A DNA stretch of 64,000 nucleotides from an uncultured Actinomycetes bacterium (GTDB lineage: Bacteria; Actinomycetota; Thermoleophilia; Gaiellales; Gaiellaceae), in contig CAVXTG010000006.1 of the NCBI GenBank assembly GCA_963764595.1, forward strand, positions 71,168-135,167, in the 5' to 3' direction. The notes beneath the pieces are model-generated. The model had not been told where the DNA came from and did not search any database. It was given only the letters and a program-made list of their open reading frames with translations. Position numbers and translations under genes: made by a program. Positions 60,610 through 64,000 of this stretch are shown here, in pieces. Each line of letters starts with the position of its first letter. Position 1 is the stretch's first letter.

Positions 60610-61488
60610 TGGCGATCATCGTCGACAACGAGACGAAGCTTGTCGTCCAGGGCCTGACGGGCCGCGAGGGCTCGTTTCACGGCGTTCGGAACCGCAACTA
60701 CGGCACCCAGGTCGTCGCGGGCGTCACTCCAGGCAAGGGCGGGAGCGAGGTCGAGGGGATCCCGATCTTCGACACCGTCGCCGAAGCGGTCGTCGAGACC
60801 GGAGCGAACACGACGATGGTCTTCGTACCGGCGCGGTTCGCGACCGACGCGATCTACGAGGCGGTCGACGCCGGCGTCGAGACGGTGATCTGCATCGCCG
60901 AGGGGCTGCCGGCGCACGAGATGCTTCGCGTCTACAACTACATCCGGCCCAAGGGGATCACGATGCTGGGCCCGAACTGCCCCGGCGCGCTGTCGCCCGG
61001 GAAGGCCAACGTCGGGATCATCCCGGCCGAGATCTTCAGCGAGGGCGCGATCGGGCTGGTCAGCCGGTCGGGGACGCTCACGTACCAGATCGGGCACGAG
61101 CTGACCCAGCTCGGGCTCGGGAACTCGACGATCGTCGGGCATCGGCGGCGATCCGGTCGTCGGCTCCGGGTTCATCGACATCCTCGAACGCTTCGAGGCG
61201 GACGACGAGACCGAGATCGTCGTGATGGTGGGAGAGATCGGCGGCAACGAGGAGGAGAAGGCGGCCGACTTCATCCAGGCCAGCATGACCAAACCGGTCG
61301 TCGCGTACATCGCGGGCTTCACGGCGCCGCCCGGGAAGACGATGGGTCACGCCGGTGCGATCATCTCGGGCACCTCGGGAACGGCCCAGGCGAAGAAGGA
61401 AGCGCTCGAGGCGTGCGGAGTGCGCGTCGGCACGACGCCGACGGAGGTCGCGCAGCTGGCCGCGGAGACGACCGCGGTCGCCCGATGA
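60609..61488 (+). CDS. sucD: Succinate--CoA ligase alpha subunit, interrupted by a +1 frameshift in GGG 61137-61139
   Basis: Begins [24 protein letters not shown]...GVTPGKGG...[11 protein letters not shown]...SRSGTLTYQ...GNSTIV. It then shifts to [36 protein letters not shown]...MGHAGAII (active-site His) (track ORF 61222-61488). Confidence 0.93.
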
Positions 61489-61522
61489 GCGCCCGCCGCC
61501 TCGCGTCCTAGACTCCGGCCTC

Positions 61523-62647
61523 ATGGAGACGATCTCGCTCGCGCGCGGCGTTCCGGCGCCGGAGTGCATCCCGGTGGAGGAGCTCGCAGAGTGCGCGCGG
61601 GCCGCGTTGCTGAACGACGGTACGACGGCGCTTTCTTACGGGTCGGCGGCCGGGTATGCGCCGCTGCGCTCGTGGATCGCCGAGCGCCACGGGGTCGCAC
61701 CCGACCGCGTCGTCGTCACGAACGGCTCGCTCCAGGGGTTCGTCTTCTGCTCGCAGCTGCTGGCAGGGGACGGCGCTCGCGTCCTCGTCGAGGCGCCGAC
61801 GTACGACCGGCCGCTGAAGATCCTGGACGCGCTCGGGGCGGAGGTCGCAGCGATCCCCCAGAACGATGAGGGAATCGACCTCGACGCGCTCGAGCACGAA
61901 CTGCGCGACGGGCCGCGCCCGGCCTTTCTCTACGTGATCCCGACGTTTCAGAACCCGAGCGGGCGAACGCTCGGCGACGAGGGTCGGCGGCGCCTCGTCC
62001 AGCTTGCCGCCGACCACGACCTCCTGGTGCTCGAGGACGACCCGTACGGTCTCGTCCGCTTCGAAGGCACCGCACCGCCGACGCTCTACGAGCTCGAGGG
62101 CGGCGAACGCGTCCTCTATTCCTCCTCGTTCTCGAAGATCGTGGCGCCCGGCGTGCGAGTGGGCTACCTCGTGCTCCCCGAGCCGCTCGCGGCCCGGGTC
62201 GAGGCGGTCGCGACCTCCACGTACATCTCGCCGGCGCTGCTCTCGCAGGCCACCGTGTACGAGTTCCTGCGGCGTGGCGCTCTCGAGCGCAACCTCGCGC
62301 TGGTTCGCTCCCTCCTGCGCGCTCGCCGCGACGCGCTCCTCCAGGCACTCGAGCGGCACCTCGGCGGAGCCGGCGCGCGCTGGAATCGGCCCGAGGGCGG
62401 CTACTTCCTCTGGCTCGAGCTTCCTGACGACCTCGACTCGACCGAGCTGCTCGCGGCCGCGGAGCGCGTCGGCGTCAGCTTCGTTCCCGGCCCGGACTTC
62501 TTCCCGCGCGGAGGCGGAGGCCGCTCGGCCGCGCGGCTCGCGTTCAGCTTCGCGTCACCCGCCCAGCTCGCCGACGCCGCCGCCAGGCTCGCCACCTTGC
62601 TTTCTGCGGCGCCGGGTGTAGAGCTGGGACAGCAGCACGCCGCCTAG
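61523..62647 (+). CDS. PLP-dependent aminotransferase, class I/II (2-aminoadipate/MocR-core-like)
   Basis: Internal ATG at 61523 of track ORF 61355-62647. Contains ISLARGVPAPECIP, YGSAAGYAPLR, PTFQNPSGRTL and SSSFSKIVAPGVRVGY (PLP Lys). Confidence 0.8.
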   Translation: METISLARGVPAPECIPVEELAECARAALLNDGTTALSYGSAAGYAPLRSWIAERHGVAPDRVVVTNGSLQGFVFCSQLLAGDGARVLVEAPTYDRPLKILDALGAEVAAIPQNDEGIDLDALEHELRDGPRPAFLYVIPTFQNPSGRTLGDEGRRRLVQLAADHDLLVLEDDPYGLVRFEGTAPPTLYELEGGERVLYSSSFSKIVAPGVRVGYLVLPEPLAARVEAVATSTYISPALLSQATVYEFLRRGALERNLALVRSLLRARRDALLQALERHLGGAGARWNRPEGGYFLWLELPDDLDSTELLAAAERVGVSFVPGPDFFPRGGGGRSAARLAFSFASPAQLADAAARLATLLSAAPGVELGQQHAA

Positions 62648-62839
62648 CACGCCGAGCGCGAGGATGAAGACGAGCGTCCAGATCAGCGAGACCGTCGCGC
62701 TGAAGAGGACGAAGTCGATCTGGATCTGGTCGTCGTTCGAGACAATGAATGCGATCACGTAGAGCGCGAGGATGGTGAGACCGACGACCACCGCCCACAG
62801 GCGGGGTTGCCATTGCTCTGAGTCGACGCGGCGCCGCAC
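62555..62839 (-). CDS. LapA/DUF1049-like small membrane protein
   Basis: 94 aa with two TM segments (LWAVVVGLTILALYVIAFIV and LIWTLVFILALGVLGGVLL) around NDDQIQIDF, then a basic tail. Its 3' end overlaps the convergent aminotransferase gene by 93 nt. Confidence 0.62.
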   Translation of the reverse strand: MRRRVDSEQWQPRLWAVVVGLTILALYVIAFIVSNDDQIQIDFVLFSATVSLIWTLVFILALGVLGGVLLSQLYTRRRRKQGGEPGGGVGELGG

Positions 62840-62850
62840 GCCGCAGGAGT

Positions 62851-63015
62851 CTAGGTCGCGCTCGTTCGGGGAACGAGCCGAGGCTGCTGCGGCGGCCGCA
62901 GGCTACGAGGCTTTGCGGGCCTGAACGTTGGACAGGGGGAGTCCAGGGGGAGGGCGCAAAGCCCCGCCCTGCGGAAGTAGCAATCGCTGCAGCTTGCCTC
63001 GGCTCGTTTGCTCAT
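62851..63015 (-). CDS. Small Cys-rich hypothetical protein (54 aa from the internal ATG)
   Basis: MSKRAEASCSDCYFRRAGLCALPLDSPCPTFRPAKP..., with the pattern CxxC-x7-C-x7-C. A candidate promoter TTGCAT-17-CAAGAT lies upstream on the same strand. GC3 is only moderately high. No family recognised. Confidence 0.3.
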   Translation of the reverse strand: MSKRAEASCSDCYFRRAGLCALPLDSPCPTFRPAKPRSLRPPQQPRLVPRTSAT

Positions 63016-63151
63016 GATCGAGCTTGCACTCCCTTCGAGCGGCCGTGCTTTGGCGGGCATCTTGCGATGTTTGCCACTTCGATGCAAGAGGGTCCAAGCA
63101 CAAATACTGCGGAATTTCCGCCGAAAAGATCTGCTGGAAATTGACAGTTTG

Positions 63152-64000
63152 TTATGCGTTTAGCGGCAGTGTTGCCAACTCGCGCAACGCCTGTTGAAAG
63201 CTGTCCACAGGGACGATCTGCAGGCCGTCGGCATATCGCCGCGCCTCCGCTGCGTTATCCCCAGGGACGAGGAAGACATCCATGCCGGATCGCCTGGCGG
63301 CGATGGTTTTCTGCTTCACGCCGCCGACCGGCCGGACTCGGCCGTCGAGGGTGATCTCGCCTGTGGCCGCGACGCGCCGGCCGCGGTCGACGTCTCGACC
63401 GAGCTCCTCGTGGAGGTCGAGCGCGAAGGCAAGTCCGGCAGACGGCCCGCCGACGTTCCGCAGATTGAAGTCCACGTCGATCGGCAACTTGACGTCGGCA
63501 TCGTCGGCGATCACCACGCCCAGAAACGCGCGCTCCGAATCGCGTGGGTTCTCGACCGTTCGCAGCGAAAGCTCGAACCTGCGTGCCCCTCGGCGGACGC
63601 GAAGCTTCACGGTGTCGCCCGGTTTCTTGGCGCTCATCCGGTCGGTGAGGTCTGCCGCGCTCCTCACGGGCTTCCCGTCGACCGCGACGATCACGTCACC
63701 GGCGCTGAGCTTGCCCGCAGCCGGATAGCCGTCGCCCACCGCCTCGATCAGCGCGCCCCTGGTGACGACGTCCACCTCCTTGCCGAGCTCGCGAAGCGCG
63801 ACTGCGGCCGCATACTCCTGGCTTCGTGCCATCTCGCGCAGCTCGCCCTGGCGGCGGGTTCGCTCGTCGATGCCCTCCGGCCGGACCTGATCCTGGGGAA
63901 CGAGCGTCGCTCCGTCGTGGAGTCCCGGGAAGGCCTCCTCGAGGATGCTCGCCTGCCGGACGTCGACGGCGACGTAGTAGATGCCGCCGCCGTTTCGATC
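63152..64000 (-). CDS. PDZ plus Lon-protease (S16) C-terminal domain protein, YlbL/SdrC-like (5' end off the window)
   Basis: The frame stays open to the window edge (...GGGIYYVAVDVRQASILEEAFPGLHDGATLVPQDQVRPEG...). PDZ: GDVIVAVDGKPVRSAADL. Lon catalytic context: GPSAGLAFALDL and ATGEITLDGRVRPVGGVKQK. Confidence 0.82.
   Translation of the reverse strand, partial: DRNGGGIYYVAVDVRQASILEEAFPGLHDGATLVPQDQVRPEGIDERTRRQGELREMARSQEYAAAVALRELGKEVDVVTRGALIEAVGDGYPAAGKLSAGDVIVAVDGKPVRSAADLTDRMSAKKPGDTVKLRVRRGARRFELSLRTVENPRDSERAFLGVVIADDADVKLPIDVDFNLRNVGGPSAGLAFALDLHEELGRDVDRGRRVAATGEITLDGRVRPVGGVKQKTIAARRSGMDVFLVPGDNAAEARRYADGLQIVPVDSFQQALRELATLPLNA

Noticed and set aside
62555-62647. A 93-nt convergent overlap between the aminotransferase and the LapA-like gene, as a possible antisense regulatory arrangement.
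   Set aside because: Both C-termini in the overlap are low-complexity (Gly/Ala/Pro). It is more likely that one ORF is over-extended because stop codons are scarce, or because of an indel.

Overview
This is a very GC-rich, gene-dense chromosomal segment with about 70 protein genes and one tRNA. The proteins look Actinomycetota-like, possibly from a deep-branching Thermoleophilia/Rubrobacteria-type lineage; that placement is inference only. Most of the window is a conserved housekeeping backbone: tilS-hpt-ftsH, folP-folB-folK, coaX, dus, greA, lysS, clpC, radA, carD, ispD, ispF, a gltX-like gene, cysS, rlmB, yacP and sigH. It is followed by an acyl-CoA carboxylase locus (beta, putative epsilon, alpha) and sucC/sucD, and flanked by fatty-acid and CoA metabolism genes. 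I found no CRISPR array, IS element, transposase, integrase, prophage gene or recognisable defence or toxin-antitoxin system, so this is mostly an ordinary core region.

The observations worth a second look are:
- About 21 single-nucleotide frameshifts, nearly all +1 and mostly in short homopolymers, interrupt conserved and essential genes. This looks like sequence error rather than decay.
- A CarH/LitR-type B12 photoreceptor regulator sits next to 11-bp-phased operator repeats over a near-consensus promoter that drives a DUF378 membrane protein and a fasciclin protein.
- A secreted protein fuses a PD40 beta-propeller to a lysyl-oxidase catalytic domain.
- A structured intergenic element (a GAA-triloop hairpin plus a GGGA-tetraloop hairpin) occurs twice. 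One copy forms the lysS leader and is bracketed by an exact 15-nt direct repeat that ends on the lysS ATG.
- A terminator-like attenuator lies in the greA leader.
- A SAM methyltransferase is translationally wedged between sucC and sucD.
- The gltX positional orthologue is about 30 percent shorter than normal.
- A perfect 20-nt tandem duplication sets the reading frame of a JmjC/cupin gene that follows two paralogous lipoprotein genes.

The long antisense ORFs in the track are GC-driven artefacts.
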